From Patescibacteria group bacterium (GTDB lineage: Bacteria; Patescibacteriota; Microgenomatia; UBA1400; 2-01-FULL-45-11): a DNA stretch of 64,000 nucleotides. Location of the stretch: assembly GCA_042569595.1 (NCBI GenBank), contig JBHPHI010000002.1, positions 2,590 through 66,589 on the forward strand, given 5' to 3'. The position numbers were made by a program, and so were the translations under genes. Within the stretch, counting starts at the first letter, position 1, and the number at the start of each line of letters is the position of its first letter. Shown in pieces: positions 55,324-64,000 of the stretch. The notes under the pieces were generated by a model that worked only from the letters and a program-made list of their open reading frames with translations, made no database searches and was not told where the DNA came from.

Positions 55324-56394
55324 AACTCAAAAAGAATAATTAATTTAGATATTATCAGAGTGCTTGCAATGCTTATGGTTGTGGTAATGCACACTCTTTA
55401 CAATTTCACTCTAAGGACTGATTTTTTTAACACCAAGCTCTGGTTTATTTTCGAGCCAATTATTGCTCTTTCAAAAACATGCGTACTCCTATTCTTTATG
55501 TTGAGTGGTTATTTAGTCGTAAACAAGAAAAGATCAGTAAAAGAAAATTGGAAAAGGACAAAAAAAAGAATACTTGTTCCATTATTGTCATTTTCACTAC
55601 TAAACATGTTTTATGAGTTATATAAATTCAATTTTGAAAAAAGAAGTGTAGGTGAGTTTATACAAAGACAGATGGTCAGAATCACAGATTTTCCAAGTTC
55701 TCCATTATGGTTTTTGGTAGCACTATTTTATTTTTATTTACTAAACCCTGTTTGGGGAAAAATTTTCAACAACAAAGAATCAAAAAATATTGCAATATAT
55801 ATAACCAAAATGTCACTTATGCTATCCATAGTCTCGACCCTTGTGAAGTTTCCAGGAATGAAAGAACATACGTTGTTTAACAATTTTACTGGTTGGATAG
55901 GGTATTTATTTTTTTATTTCTATGGAGCTTTAGCAAAAAATAAGTGGGTAAATGTCTATAACAAAAGAATAAATTATCTACTTATAACTTTTGGGTTTTT
56001 ATTTACATTCATAGGTGACTACATTACTTCTTTTACAACCGCAAAAAACATTAACTTTGTATGGACAAATTACACAGGGAATTTTCTCAGCTTTCCTGTA
56101 GTAATGTTGTCCATAGGAGTCTTTAATCTCTTACTTGCAGGCAGTTTCAAAAGCTTTGGTTTGTTATTCAAAAAAATTATTGAATGGTTTGCTGGAGTGT
56201 CATTTGGGATATATCTAATTCACACGTTTATTGTTAGTTTTTTAACAGATATTCTCAGGTTTAGATTCGACAACTTATCAATGAACGTATATTTATATAA
56301 CATAATAAATTTTTCTATAGTTTTTATTGCCAGCACCATTATCGCTTATGTATTAAAAATAACTCCCAAATTAAAAGCCTTGGTTGGCGAATAG
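55324..56394 (+). CDS. acyltransferase-3 family (OafA-like) membrane acyltransferase
   Basis: The start is taken at MNSKRIINLDIIRVLAMLMVVVMHT, the typical acyl_transf_3 N-terminus. The protein is polytopic. Confidence 0.65.
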   Translation, partial: NSKRIINLDIIRVLAMLMVVVMHTLYNFTLRTDFFNTKLWFIFEPIIALSKTCVLLFFMLSGYLVVNKKRSVKENWKRTKKRILVPLLSFSLLNMFYELYKFNFEKRSVGEFIQRQMVRITDFPSSPLWFLVALFYFYLLNPVWGKIFNNKESKNIAIYITKMSLMLSIVSTLVKFPGMKEHTLFNNFTGWIGYLFFYFYGALAKNKWVNVYNKRINYLLITFGFLFTFIGDYITSFTTAKNINFVWTNYTGNFLSFPVVMLSIGVFNLLLAGSFKSFGLLFKKIIEWFAGVSFGIYLIHTFIVSFLTDILRFRFDNLSMNVYLYNIINFSIVFIASTIIAYVLKITPKLKALVGE

Positions 56395-56455
56395 AATCCT
56401 CGTAAATTTGTATTTAAAATTTAGGCTTTAAATCAGTAAATTTCATAAAATATCA

Positions 56456-56484
56456 TTGATTTTTCAGGCTAAAAAACCTATAAT
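56456..56484 (+). promoter_or_regulatory. sigma70-like promoter
   Basis: TTGATT, 17 nt, TATAAT. It lies upstream of the CarD-like gene. Confidence 0.4.
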
Positions 56485-56578
56485 GCACCCTTAACACTTA
56501 AAAACCGCTAATTTACTCATCTATTAAGTGGTGGGAAAGTTTTTTCTATCGGAAAAATTCGTTTAGCAGAAAGGGAAT

Positions 56579-57088
56579 ATGTTAGATATTACAAAAATTA
56601 AGGTTGGTGATCTAATTTCTTACCACAATAGGATACTAAAGGTTAAGTCCTTGAAAAAAGGAATGTTGGTTGGGATTCCAGTTTATAAAAAGAAAAAGGA
56701 CTCTGGTCTCATATTCAATATACCTACAGAAAACATTAAAAATCTAAACGTTAGAAACCTTTATACAAAGAAAGTAATTAACGATCTATTGAAAACAATT
56801 TCAGAAGATTTACCAAAGGAGCTTGTCCATTTTGAGTTGTCAGAAGATCATGTTTCTAAGATGTCTCTTGAAGAGATAATAGTTGCTATCAAGGGTTTGT
56901 GCGATGAAAAAGTTGCAAGAGAAAACAGTTTACCCACCAGTAAGTCAAGAAAATTAAATCTGTTCATCCAGGTTTTTGCAGAAGAATTAGGAGCAATTGT
57001 TAATCTTTCAAAAGAAGATGCAATAGAAAAAGTGAAGAGTAGAGTAGATAAGAGAAAAAAATCTCTAGAGAAAAAAACTGAAGAATAA
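56579..57088 (+). CDS. CarD/CdnL-family RNA-polymerase-binding transcription factor (tentative)
   Basis: N-terminal IKVGDLISYHNRILKVKSL...GIPVYK...NIPTENIKNLNVRNL...KVINDLLKTI resembles the CarD_CdnL_TRCF domain. Length is 169 aa. Confidence 0.4.
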   Translation: MLDITKIKVGDLISYHNRILKVKSLKKGMLVGIPVYKKKKDSGLIFNIPTENIKNLNVRNLYTKKVINDLLKTISEDLPKELVHFELSEDHVSKMSLEEIIVAIKGLCDEKVARENSLPTSKSRKLNLFIQVFAEELGAIVNLSKEDAIEKVKSRVDKRKKSLEKKTEE

Positions 57089-57123
57089 TTCATAATAGAT
57101 CCATCACAATTCAGTAAGGATCT

Positions 57124-57564
57124 ATGAGGTTTGAGGTTTCCCAAAGAGCAACATTATTTGAAGGAAAAGCTGCTGGAAAAATAATTTCAATGGTTTTTTT
57201 GCCGTTGGGAATTGTCATACTCCTTTTAGGCGGCTATTTACTAAACGACACACAATCTTTTTTAAAAGAAACTGAAAGTACAGTAGGATATGTAGTTGAA
57301 AACATTAGAGATGAAGATGCATATAAGCCCGTCATAGTATATGAAACAAGTGACGGCAGGAATTTAGAATTTTCTCCAAACATCAGCGCTAATCCACCCC
57401 AATATGATGTGAATGAGTCAGTTGAAGTTATATACAAAGCAGATGATCCATATCAGGTACGAATTAATACTCCTGCAAATATATACAACACTCCAGGGAT
57501 TGCATTTTTTGTGGGGGGACTTTTTTTTGTAATAGGCATAATTGCTTTATTTATTAAGAGTTAG
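57124..57564 (+). CDS. DUF3592-like membrane protein
   Basis: TM helix, beta-rich middle region, and a C-terminal TM helix. Tentative. Confidence 0.35.
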   Translation: MRFEVSQRATLFEGKAAGKIISMVFLPLGIVILLLGGYLLNDTQSFLKETESTVGYVVENIRDEDAYKPVIVYETSDGRNLEFSPNISANPPQYDVNESVEVIYKADDPYQVRINTPANIYNTPGIAFFVGGLFFVIGIIALFIKS

Positions 57565-57566
57565 TT

Positions 57567-58145
57567 TTGAAATACAAGAATAAAATTTTTGACGGCATAG
57601 AATTAAAAGGAAATAGTTTTGAAAATAATTTTTTTTCAAAGTGCTCTTTTTCTAAAAGTAATTTAAGATATTCAAACTTTAATAAATGCACTTTTGACAC
57701 GTGTGATTTTTCAGGAGCAATTTTTGATAACACAGGTTTCTCAGACTGTTTATTCCCAGAATCAAAACTAAGTAATATTGATTTTTCAGAAGCTCATATA
57801 AAAAATTGTGATTTTTCAAAATCAGTAGTAAACAATAGTATCTTTCAGCAAAAAAAACTTGCAGATAAAAACAAAAACGATAAGTTTGATTTACGAAAAT
57901 GCATTTTTGATAATACCAGTCTAGAAAACACAATATTCATTAAATGTAATTTAAAATCCGTAAGTTTTAAAAATGCAAAGCTGAAATTGGCGATTTTTGA
58001 AAAATGCAACTTAAGCGAGGTTGATTTCACCGGAGCAGAAATAAGGGGAGCAAATTTTAATACTTCAAGCATCAATAAAACTATAATAGATATTGATGGA
58101 TTTATAAGTATGGGTAATTCCAAAGGCTTTGTGTTAAACACGTAA
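57567..58145 (+). CDS. pentapeptide-repeat protein
   Basis: Tandem A(D/N)LxX-type repeats (CSFSKSNLRYSNFNKCTFDTCDFSGAIFDNTGFSDCLF...). Confidence 0.75.
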   Translation: MKYKNKIFDGIELKGNSFENNFFSKCSFSKSNLRYSNFNKCTFDTCDFSGAIFDNTGFSDCLFPESKLSNIDFSEAHIKNCDFSKSVVNNSIFQQKKLADKNKNDKFDLRKCIFDNTSLENTIFIKCNLKSVSFKNAKLKLAIFEKCNLSEVDFTGAEIRGANFNTSSINKTIIDIDGFISMGNSKGFVLNT

Positions 58146-58168
58146 ATGCTATGATTTAACACAGGAGC

Positions 58169-58711
58169 ATGAGAAAAATAATACAAAAACTCACATTTTA
58201 CGCTTTACCAATATCTCTTGGTATAGTTTCGGCAACCCTTCCTCACAAAGAAATATTCTCAAAATTTGGCAGTGCTGCATTTATTTTGCTGTCTGCAAAT
58301 TTATTTTTAAAACCTATTTCAGTCTTATATAAACACAAATATTTGCAATTATTCATGACCTACAGAAGAGAGTTGGGGGTTGCTTCATTTTGGTTTTATC
58401 TCGCACACTCCACGGGATTTTTTAGATTATATGGACTTACTTCTGATAGTTTTCTAAACACAAACAGTTTCTTGTTTTATGGTGGTGTTGCAGCATTTGG
58501 GATGTGGCTTTTGGCCTTAACGTCAAATGATTACTCCATAAGATTTTTGAAAAAAAATTGGAAAACTCTTCACCGACTGTCATATTTAATTTTTTATTTT
58601 GCCTTGTACCACTCTAGTAGAGTAGAACAAGAAATGGAAAAGTTTTTTATTTTTGGAAGCTTGTTCTTAATTCTTAAAATTATCCAATTCAAAAAAACCC
58701 AAAAAATATAG
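58169..58711 (+). CDS. hypothetical polytopic membrane protein
   Basis: 180 aa with several TM helices and conserved His residues. It may be a ferric-reductase-like TM domain, which is very tentative. Confidence 0.35.
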   Translation: MRKIIQKLTFYALPISLGIVSATLPHKEIFSKFGSAAFILLSANLFLKPISVLYKHKYLQLFMTYRRELGVASFWFYLAHSTGFFRLYGLTSDSFLNTNSFLFYGGVAAFGMWLLALTSNDYSIRFLKKNWKTLHRLSYLIFYFALYHSSRVEQEMEKFFIFGSLFLILKIIQFKKTQKI

Positions 58712-58740
58712 TATTGCCATCATTATTTTTTTTCTATAAT

Positions 58741-58760
58741 ATATTCTAAAGATCGAATAT
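58741..58760. promoter_or_regulatory. candidate ArsR/SmtB operator (inverted repeat ATATTC-N8-GAATAT) overlapping the regulator start codon; TATAAT -10 element at 58735-58740
   Basis: The IR can be read directly. It lies immediately 5' of, and overlapping, the ATG of the ArsR-YHS gene. Confidence 0.4.
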
Positions 58761-59238
58761 GTATAGTGAATTATTTAAACTTCAATCAGACTTACTAAAG
58801 TCTCTTGCAAATCCCAGGAGACTTGAAATAATCCAACTCCTAAGAGAGCAGGAGTTGTCTGTTACAGAAATCTATCAAATGCTAGATTTGCCCCAGGCAA
58901 ATGTAAGTCAACATTTAATGGTTTTGCGAGACTCAGGAATAGTAAAAACCAGAAAAGATGGAAAACAAATGTTTTACTCTCTTGCCCACAAAAACATATC
59001 AGAAGCTAGTGATTTGTTAAGAGAGATCCTTATAGAAAAAAATAAAAACACTCAAGTTGCTGATGAATTTGCTTTATCGATGACAGAATTAATGCCCATT
59101 CAAAGCGACCCAGTTTGTAAAATGAGAGTAAGTCCAAAAACAGCAGGTTTTGCGACTAGCTACGAGGGGAACAAATATTATTTTTGCGCATCAGGATGTC
59201 TAAAAGAATTTAAAAACAATCCTAAAAAATATGAATAA
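58759..59238 (+). CDS. ArsR/SmtB-family metalloregulator with C-terminal YHS/TRASH metal-binding domain
   Basis: HTH (LANPRRLEIIQLLREQELSVTEIYQMLDLPQANVSQHLMVLRDSGIV). The C-terminal part (DPVCKMRVSPKTAGFATSYEGNKYYFCASGCLKEFKNNP) is YHS-like. Its 3' end overlaps copA by 8 nt. Confidence 0.75.
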   Translation: MYSELFKLQSDLLKSLANPRRLEIIQLLREQELSVTEIYQMLDLPQANVSQHLMVLRDSGIVKTRKDGKQMFYSLAHKNISEASDLLREILIEKNKNTQVADEFALSMTELMPIQSDPVCKMRVSPKTAGFATSYEGNKYYFCASGCLKEFKNNPKKYE

Positions 59239-61459
59239 AAAATCAACATCATTTCATGTTTCTGGAATGCATTGCGCAAGTTGTGCTGCAAATATACAAA
59301 GAAAACTTTCAAAAACAGACGGAGTAATAGAGGCATCAGTAAATTACGCAAACGAACAAGCATCTGTCACTTTTGGTGAAGAAAAAATAAACACAAAAAC
59401 TATTGAAAAGATTGTTAAAAAACTTGGATACAAAGCATATATTGACGTTGATGAAAATCAAGATATTGCAAAAATAGAAAGAGAAAATGAATTAAAAGAC
59501 TTAAAAACAAAACTACTTATTAGTTCAATCTTGGCAATTATTTTAATGAGCTCTATGATTCCTGGGGCTCCAAAAATACTACACAACAAATTAGTAATGT
59601 GGATCCTTGCTACCCCAATTCAATTTTGGGCAGGGTCAAGGTTTTATAAAGGAGCCTGGTCTTCACTTAAAAACAAAACTACAAACATGGACACTTTAGT
59701 AGTGCTTGGCACCTCTGTTGCATATTTTTATTCTGTTTTTGTAACTACATTTGGAAATATATTGAGCAGTTATAACATTCCTCTGCACGTATATTTTGAG
59801 GCGTCTGCATCAATAATTACCCTTGTGCTTCTAGGTAAATATTTAGAAATTAAGTCAAAAGGACAGGCATCAGAAGCAATAAAAAAACTGTTATCACTTC
59901 AAGCAAAAACAGCAAATAAGGTAATAGGAAATAAAATTATAAGCACCCCTATTGAAGAGATAACAAAAGGAGATATTCTTTTAGTAAAGCCGGGAGAAAA
60001 AGTTCCACTAGATGGAAAAATAGTAGAAGGTGAATCAAGCATAGATGAAAGCATGGTTACAGGAGAGAGTTTGCCAGTGAACAGGGTAAAGAATGATGTT
60101 GTAGTTGGATCTACAATCAACCTTTCTTCTGCTCTCAAAATAAAAGTTGAAAAAGTTGGAAGCGAAACAATGCTGTCTCAAATTATTGAAATGGTAAAGA
60201 AGGCTCAGGGGTCAAAACCACCAATTCAAAAACTTGTAGATACGATTTCCTCATATTTTGTTCCTATAGTCATACTTCTTTCAACTATCACTTTTGCTAT
60301 ATGGTTTTTGTTCGGTCCCGACCCAAAGATACTAAATGCTTTAGTTAGTTCAATAACAGTTTTAATTATTGCTTGTCCTTGTGCTCTTGGACTAGCAACT
60401 CCAACGTCTCTTATGGTTGGCGTAGGAAGAGGAGCAAATAAAGGAATATTGATCAAAAATGCCCAAGCATTGGAAATTGCAAATAAAATAAATGTAATGA
60501 TTTTTGACAAAACCGGAACTTTAACTAAAGGAAATCCTAGCGTTCAAAACATTAGTTTTGCCAAAACAGCTTCCAAGTCAGAAGAGAAAAACATCTCAAG
60601 TATCATTTCGAGCATTGAAAATCTATCTCATCACCCAATTGCTCAAGCTATTGTTAATCATTTTAATAATAAAAATATTTCTCCATCAAAAAAAATAACC
60701 AACTTTAAAGATGTCTCAGGAAAAGGAGTAGAGGGAAGTAGCGGAAAAGACAAAATAATAATTGGAACACAAAATTTTATAGAGGAACAAGGAATAATTA
60801 TAGACAAACCTACATTAGAAATGGCAAATAAATGGAAAAGGTTGGCTCAAAGTGTTTCATTTGTGGGTATTAATAAAAAAATTATAACAATAATTGGTGT
60901 TGCAGATGAGATAAAATCAGAATCCAAAAAAGTAATAGAATCTCTTAAAAATATGAAAATAAAAACCGTTATGTTGACAGGAGACAATAAACAAACAGCT
61001 GCTGTCGTATCAAGAAAGCTAGAAATAGACGAAGTTCAGGCAGAAGTTCTTCCAAAAGACAAAGAAAAAATCGTAAGAAAATATACTAAAAAAGGAAAAA
61101 TAGTCGCAATGCTAGGAGACGGAATCAATGATGCTCCAGCACTTGCAGCAGCAGACATAGGAATTGCCATGGGAAGCGGCACAGATATCGCTATGGAGTC
61201 TGCTGGAATTACACTACTTCACGGAAATATTTCACTTGCAACAAGTGCAATCAAACTATCAAAAGCTACTATGAACAATATTACTCAAAATTTATTTTGG
61301 GCATTTGGATACAATATTGTCTTAATTCCTGTTGCCATGGGGGTTCTATACCCCTTCTTTGGCATTCAAATTAATCCAATCATGGCTGGGGCTGCAATGG
61401 CATTTTCAAGTGTTTCAGTTGTAACAAATGCACTAAGACTTAGAAAAATTTCAATTTAA
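59231..61459 (+). CDS. copA: copper-translocating P1B-type ATPase
   Basis: N-terminal HMA (GMHCASCAANIQ), CPC (IACPCALGLATP), DKTGTLT, and GDGINDAPAL. Confidence 0.9.
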   Translation: MNKKSTSFHVSGMHCASCAANIQRKLSKTDGVIEASVNYANEQASVTFGEEKINTKTIEKIVKKLGYKAYIDVDENQDIAKIERENELKDLKTKLLISSILAIILMSSMIPGAPKILHNKLVMWILATPIQFWAGSRFYKGAWSSLKNKTTNMDTLVVLGTSVAYFYSVFVTTFGNILSSYNIPLHVYFEASASIITLVLLGKYLEIKSKGQASEAIKKLLSLQAKTANKVIGNKIISTPIEEITKGDILLVKPGEKVPLDGKIVEGESSIDESMVTGESLPVNRVKNDVVVGSTINLSSALKIKVEKVGSETMLSQIIEMVKKAQGSKPPIQKLVDTISSYFVPIVILLSTITFAIWFLFGPDPKILNALVSSITVLIIACPCALGLATPTSLMVGVGRGANKGILIKNAQALEIANKINVMIFDKTGTLTKGNPSVQNISFAKTASKSEEKNISSIISSIENLSHHPIAQAIVNHFNNKNISPSKKITNFKDVSGKGVEGSSGKDKIIIGTQNFIEEQGIIIDKPTLEMANKWKRLAQSVSFVGINKKIITIIGVADEIKSESKKVIESLKNMKIKTVMLTGDNKQTAAVVSRKLEIDEVQAEVLPKDKEKIVRKYTKKGKIVAMLGDGINDAPALAAADIGIAMGSGTDIAMESAGITLLHGNISLATSAIKLSKATMNNITQNLFWAFGYNIVLIPVAMGVLYPFFGIQINPIMAGAAMAFSSVSVVTNALRLRKISI

Positions 61460-61470
61460 AAGGAGAATAA

Positions 61471-62583
61471 ATGAATCTATGGATTGTGTTTCTTACTGGA
61501 CTAACAACAGGTGGCTTGTCGTGCCTTGCAATGCAAGGGGGGTTGTTGGCAGGAGTAATTGCAAACCAAAAAGAACAAGAATTAGATGAGGTAATGAGTG
61601 ATAGCAAAAAAAGAAAAAAACTCAAAAAAGAAAAATATCTAAAAAAACTTCAAAAAAACGACTTCAAACTTGAATCGTTTGATCAAATGGACTGGATGCC
61701 AGTTGGAATGTTTTTGCTTGCAAAATTAATCTCACACACAATTTTAGGATTCCTGCTTGGAGCATTAGGATCAGTTATAGAATTAAGTTTAACTGCAAGA
61801 TTAATTTTTCAAGTATTTACAGCTTTATTTATGGCAGGAACAGCTGCAAATTTATTAAACCTTCATCCAATTTTCAGATACTTAGCTTTTCAGCCTCCAA
61901 AATTTGTTCAGAAAATGGTTAGAAATACAGGTAAAAGCAAGGCCTTGTTCGCTCCTGCTACTCTAGGGTTCTTAACAATTTTCATCCCCTGTGGCGTGAC
62001 TCAGGCAATGGAGGTTTTAGTTATAAACTCAGGAAACCCAATTCAGGGAGCACTCACTATGTTTGCATTTGTATTGGGTACATCTCCACTATTCGCACTA
62101 ATTGGAGTAGCCACAGCAAAATTATCAGAGGGGTGGCATCAAAAATTCACCAAAATTGCAGCATACGCTCTTGTTTTAATGTCTCTTTATTCTATAAACG
62201 GGGTACTTCAGGCAGCTGACGCACCAATAAGTGCTCAAAAAGTTGTGCTCATGTACAACAAACTTAAGCAATATGAAGGTGGGGGAGGGTACGCACCAAC
62301 TGCAAAAGAAGTAAATGGAAAACAAATAATTAATATAGATGTTGCTCAAAGAGGCTACAATCCAAACTATTTCAAGGTAAAACAAGGGATTCCTGTGGAG
62401 CTCACTTTAAATTCAAATGGAGTTTATACCTGCGCAAGCGCATTTACATTTAGGGCGTTTAATATCTATACAAATTTAAAACCTACAGACGAAAAAACAT
62501 TCGAATTTACCCCAAATAAAAAAGGTCAATTTACTTTTGCATGTTCAATGGGCATGTACACAGGGGTTATGGAAGTAATATAA
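61471..62583 (+). CDS. membrane permease (DsbD_2/UreH-like, conserved Cys) fused to a C-terminal cupredoxin-like domain
   Basis: Polytopic N-terminal part (TGGLSCLAMQGG, IFIPCGVTQ). The C-terminal roughly 100 aa (YNPNYFKVKQGIPVELTLNSNG...FTFACSMGMYTGVMEV) are cupredoxin_1-like. Confidence 0.5.
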   Translation: MNLWIVFLTGLTTGGLSCLAMQGGLLAGVIANQKEQELDEVMSDSKKRKKLKKEKYLKKLQKNDFKLESFDQMDWMPVGMFLLAKLISHTILGFLLGALGSVIELSLTARLIFQVFTALFMAGTAANLLNLHPIFRYLAFQPPKFVQKMVRNTGKSKALFAPATLGFLTIFIPCGVTQAMEVLVINSGNPIQGALTMFAFVLGTSPLFALIGVATAKLSEGWHQKFTKIAAYALVLMSLYSINGVLQAADAPISAQKVVLMYNKLKQYEGGGGYAPTAKEVNGKQIINIDVAQRGYNPNYFKVKQGIPVELTLNSNGVYTCASAFTFRAFNIYTNLKPTDEKTFEFTPNKKGQFTFACSMGMYTGVMEVI

Positions 62584-62591
62584 GGAGAAAA

Positions 62592-62837
62592 ATGTTTTTA
62601 ATATTCAAAAAAAATAAACCAAAAGGAAAAGCGATAGAATTTAAAATAGAAGGCATGCACTGCACTAGTTGTGTTATGAATATCGATGGAGCTTTGGAGG
62701 ACATAGAGGGAATTAATAGTTCTAACTCAAGTTATAGAAAAGGAAAAACTTCTGTTGATTTTGATCCAGAAGTTATTTCAGAGACAAAAATAATTCAAAC
62801 AATCAAAGACGCAGGATACACAGCATCAGTTTCTTGA
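62592..62837 (+). CDS. copZ: heavy-metal-associated copper chaperone
   Basis: The start is taken at MFLIFKK..., with an HMA motif GMHCTSC. The track start at 62541 overlaps the upstream gene. Confidence 0.7.
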   Translation: MFLIFKKNKPKGKAIEFKIEGMHCTSCVMNIDGALEDIEGINSSNSSYRKGKTSVDFDPEVISETKIIQTIKDAGYTASVS

Positions 62838-62871
62838 TGATTTTATTGATGTCTTTAGATACAATTCTCTT

Positions 62872-63633
62872 ATGACTTTAACTTCTTGGGTAATTATTTT
62901 TTCACTTATCGGCGGAGTATTTTCTCTGGTTGGGGGTGTTTTTTTACTAAAAAATGATGAATGGGTCAAAAGGAACACTCTCACTATAGTGAGTTGGGCG
63001 GCAGGAGTTCTTTTAACTGTGGCTTTTATGGATTTGATGCCAGAGGCAATAGAAATGGGATTGGAATCCGGAAAAGAAGTGCATGACTTGTTTAGATATT
63101 CTTTATACGCGGTAGTAGGATTTTTTGTTTTGGAGAGAACTTTTGTTTGGTTTCACCACCATCACGAACCAGACATGGACCCCCCAACAAATACTCTCAT
63201 AGTAATAGGAGATAGCATTCATAATTTAATAGACGGAATAGTAATAGGAACAGCGTTTTTAGTTGGAATTCCAACAGGCATCGTTACAGCTATAGCGGTA
63301 GCCGCTCACGAAATTCCACAAGAAATTGCAGATTTTGGAATATTGTTAAGTTCAGGAATCAAAAAAACAAAAGTATTTTTTATAAACCTAATATCCTCTT
63401 TTATGACTCCAGTTGGTGCTTTGATAACAATATATTTTTCAAATTACATTAAAGACATCACTCCTCAGTTACTAGCCTTTGCAGCTGGTATGTTCACATA
63501 TATTGCTTGCTCAGATCTTATTCCAGAACTTCATCACACTCAATCAAAAAAAGTAGCTGCAAAACAACTAATATTTTTCTTTCTAGGGATAGGGATTACT
63601 TGTATCCTAATCAACTACACTCATGCAGGCTAA
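62872..63633 (+). CDS. zupT: ZIP-family divalent metal transporter
   Basis: His-rich loop (HHHHEPD), HNLIDGIVIG, and HEIPQEIADFGIL. Confidence 0.8.
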   Translation: MTLTSWVIIFSLIGGVFSLVGGVFLLKNDEWVKRNTLTIVSWAAGVLLTVAFMDLMPEAIEMGLESGKEVHDLFRYSLYAVVGFFVLERTFVWFHHHHEPDMDPPTNTLIVIGDSIHNLIDGIVIGTAFLVGIPTGIVTAIAVAAHEIPQEIADFGILLSSGIKKTKVFFINLISSFMTPVGALITIYFSNYIKDITPQLLAFAAGMFTYIACSDLIPELHHTQSKKVAAKQLIFFFLGIGITCILINYTHAG

Positions 63634-64000
63634 AAATAAAAAATTCAAACACGCAGGGATTGGTGGAACATTTGATCGTCTTCACAAAGGGCACAAAGAG
63701 CTGATTTCCTTCGCGCTTGGTATTGCAGAAAACGTTACTATCGGGGTAACAATAGATGGTTTTTCCTCTCAAAAAAAACTTAGCCAATCAATTCTTTCAT
63801 ATGGAGAAAGAGTTGAGGAGATAAAGAAATTTATAAAAAGTCTTGGAAAAAAAGATAGTGTCAGTATTGTTTCCCTAAAAGACTCTTACGGACCAACAAT
63901 TGAAAATAATGACATAGACTGTGTTGTGGTTACCGATCAAACACATGAAGGCGCTCTAAAAATAAACAATAAAAGAAAAGAGCTTAATCTATTAGAGCTT
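63623..64000 (+). CDS. cytidylyltransferase-like nucleotidyltransferase (PPAT/CoaD-like), 5' part; runs off the window
   Basis: MQAKNKKFKHAGIGGTFDRLHKGHKEL is a (H/T)xGH-type nucleotidyltransferase motif. It overlaps the zupT end by 11 nt. Confidence 0.55.
   Translation, partial: MQAKNKKFKHAGIGGTFDRLHKGHKELISFALGIAENVTIGVTIDGFSSQKKLSQSILSYGERVEEIKKFIKSLGKKDSVSIVSLKDSYGPTIENNDIDCVVVTDQTHEGALKINNKRKELNLLEL

Overview
This looks like a low-GC (about 35%) bacterial chromosome segment with compact, mostly short-gap genes. The gene content (DUF3048, DUF2207, DedA, many small membrane proteins, a lean metabolism) is consistent with a Candidate Phyla Radiation / Patescibacteria-like organism; that lineage call is inference only. 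About 60 protein genes are supportable. The broad layout along the window is:
- A glycogen pair, glgP and glgA.
- A run of housekeeping genes: comM/yifB, a pseudouridine synthase, nfo, rdgB, M29 and M24 aminopeptidases, secDF, cca and recJ.
- A non-coding, GC-elevated island of about 1.3 kb (20.27-21.57 kb). On the minus strand it carries a tRNA-His(GUG)-like gene interrupted by a roughly 75-nt hairpin insertion, a 15-codon uORF with a perfect Shine-Dalgarno sequence, and two tandem Cys-rich, zinc-ribbon-like small genes of 53 and 51 aa, each with a strong Shine-Dalgarno sequence. On the plus strand it carries a bidirectional terminator, a sigma70-like promoter and a T-box leader with an Asp (GAC) specifier that feeds aspS.
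- aspS itself is atypical: it lacks the GAD insertion and is fused to a C-terminal YbaK/ProX-type deacylase domain.
- Then a DacA-like carboxypeptidase, gltX, a His-rich small protein with a duplicated start and a coupled uORF, and a GC-rich RRM protein.
- A 1298-aa protein whose C-terminal 500 aa is a DnaG-type primase core (CHC2 zinc finger plus Toprim) behind an uncharacterised N-terminal extension of about 800 aa.
- Then ychF, MFS transporters, DedA, a holin-like DUF360 protein, a standalone Cas4-like PD-(D/E)xK nuclease, a divergent IMPDH-family protein, a membrane-anchored FNR-like reductase, DUF2233, DUF2207, bcp, a metzincin, an MBL hydrolase, tRNA-Gln(CUG), a DEAD-box helicase and hflX.
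- A CarD-like / DUF3592 / pentapeptide group.
- A copper-homeostasis operon: an ArsR-YHS regulator, copA, a permease-cupredoxin fusion, copZ, and a ZIP transporter.
There is no CRISPR array, integrase or transposase. The most unusual items are the tRNA-linked Cys-rich peptide cassette, the AspRS-YbaK fusion and the giant DnaG-like protein.
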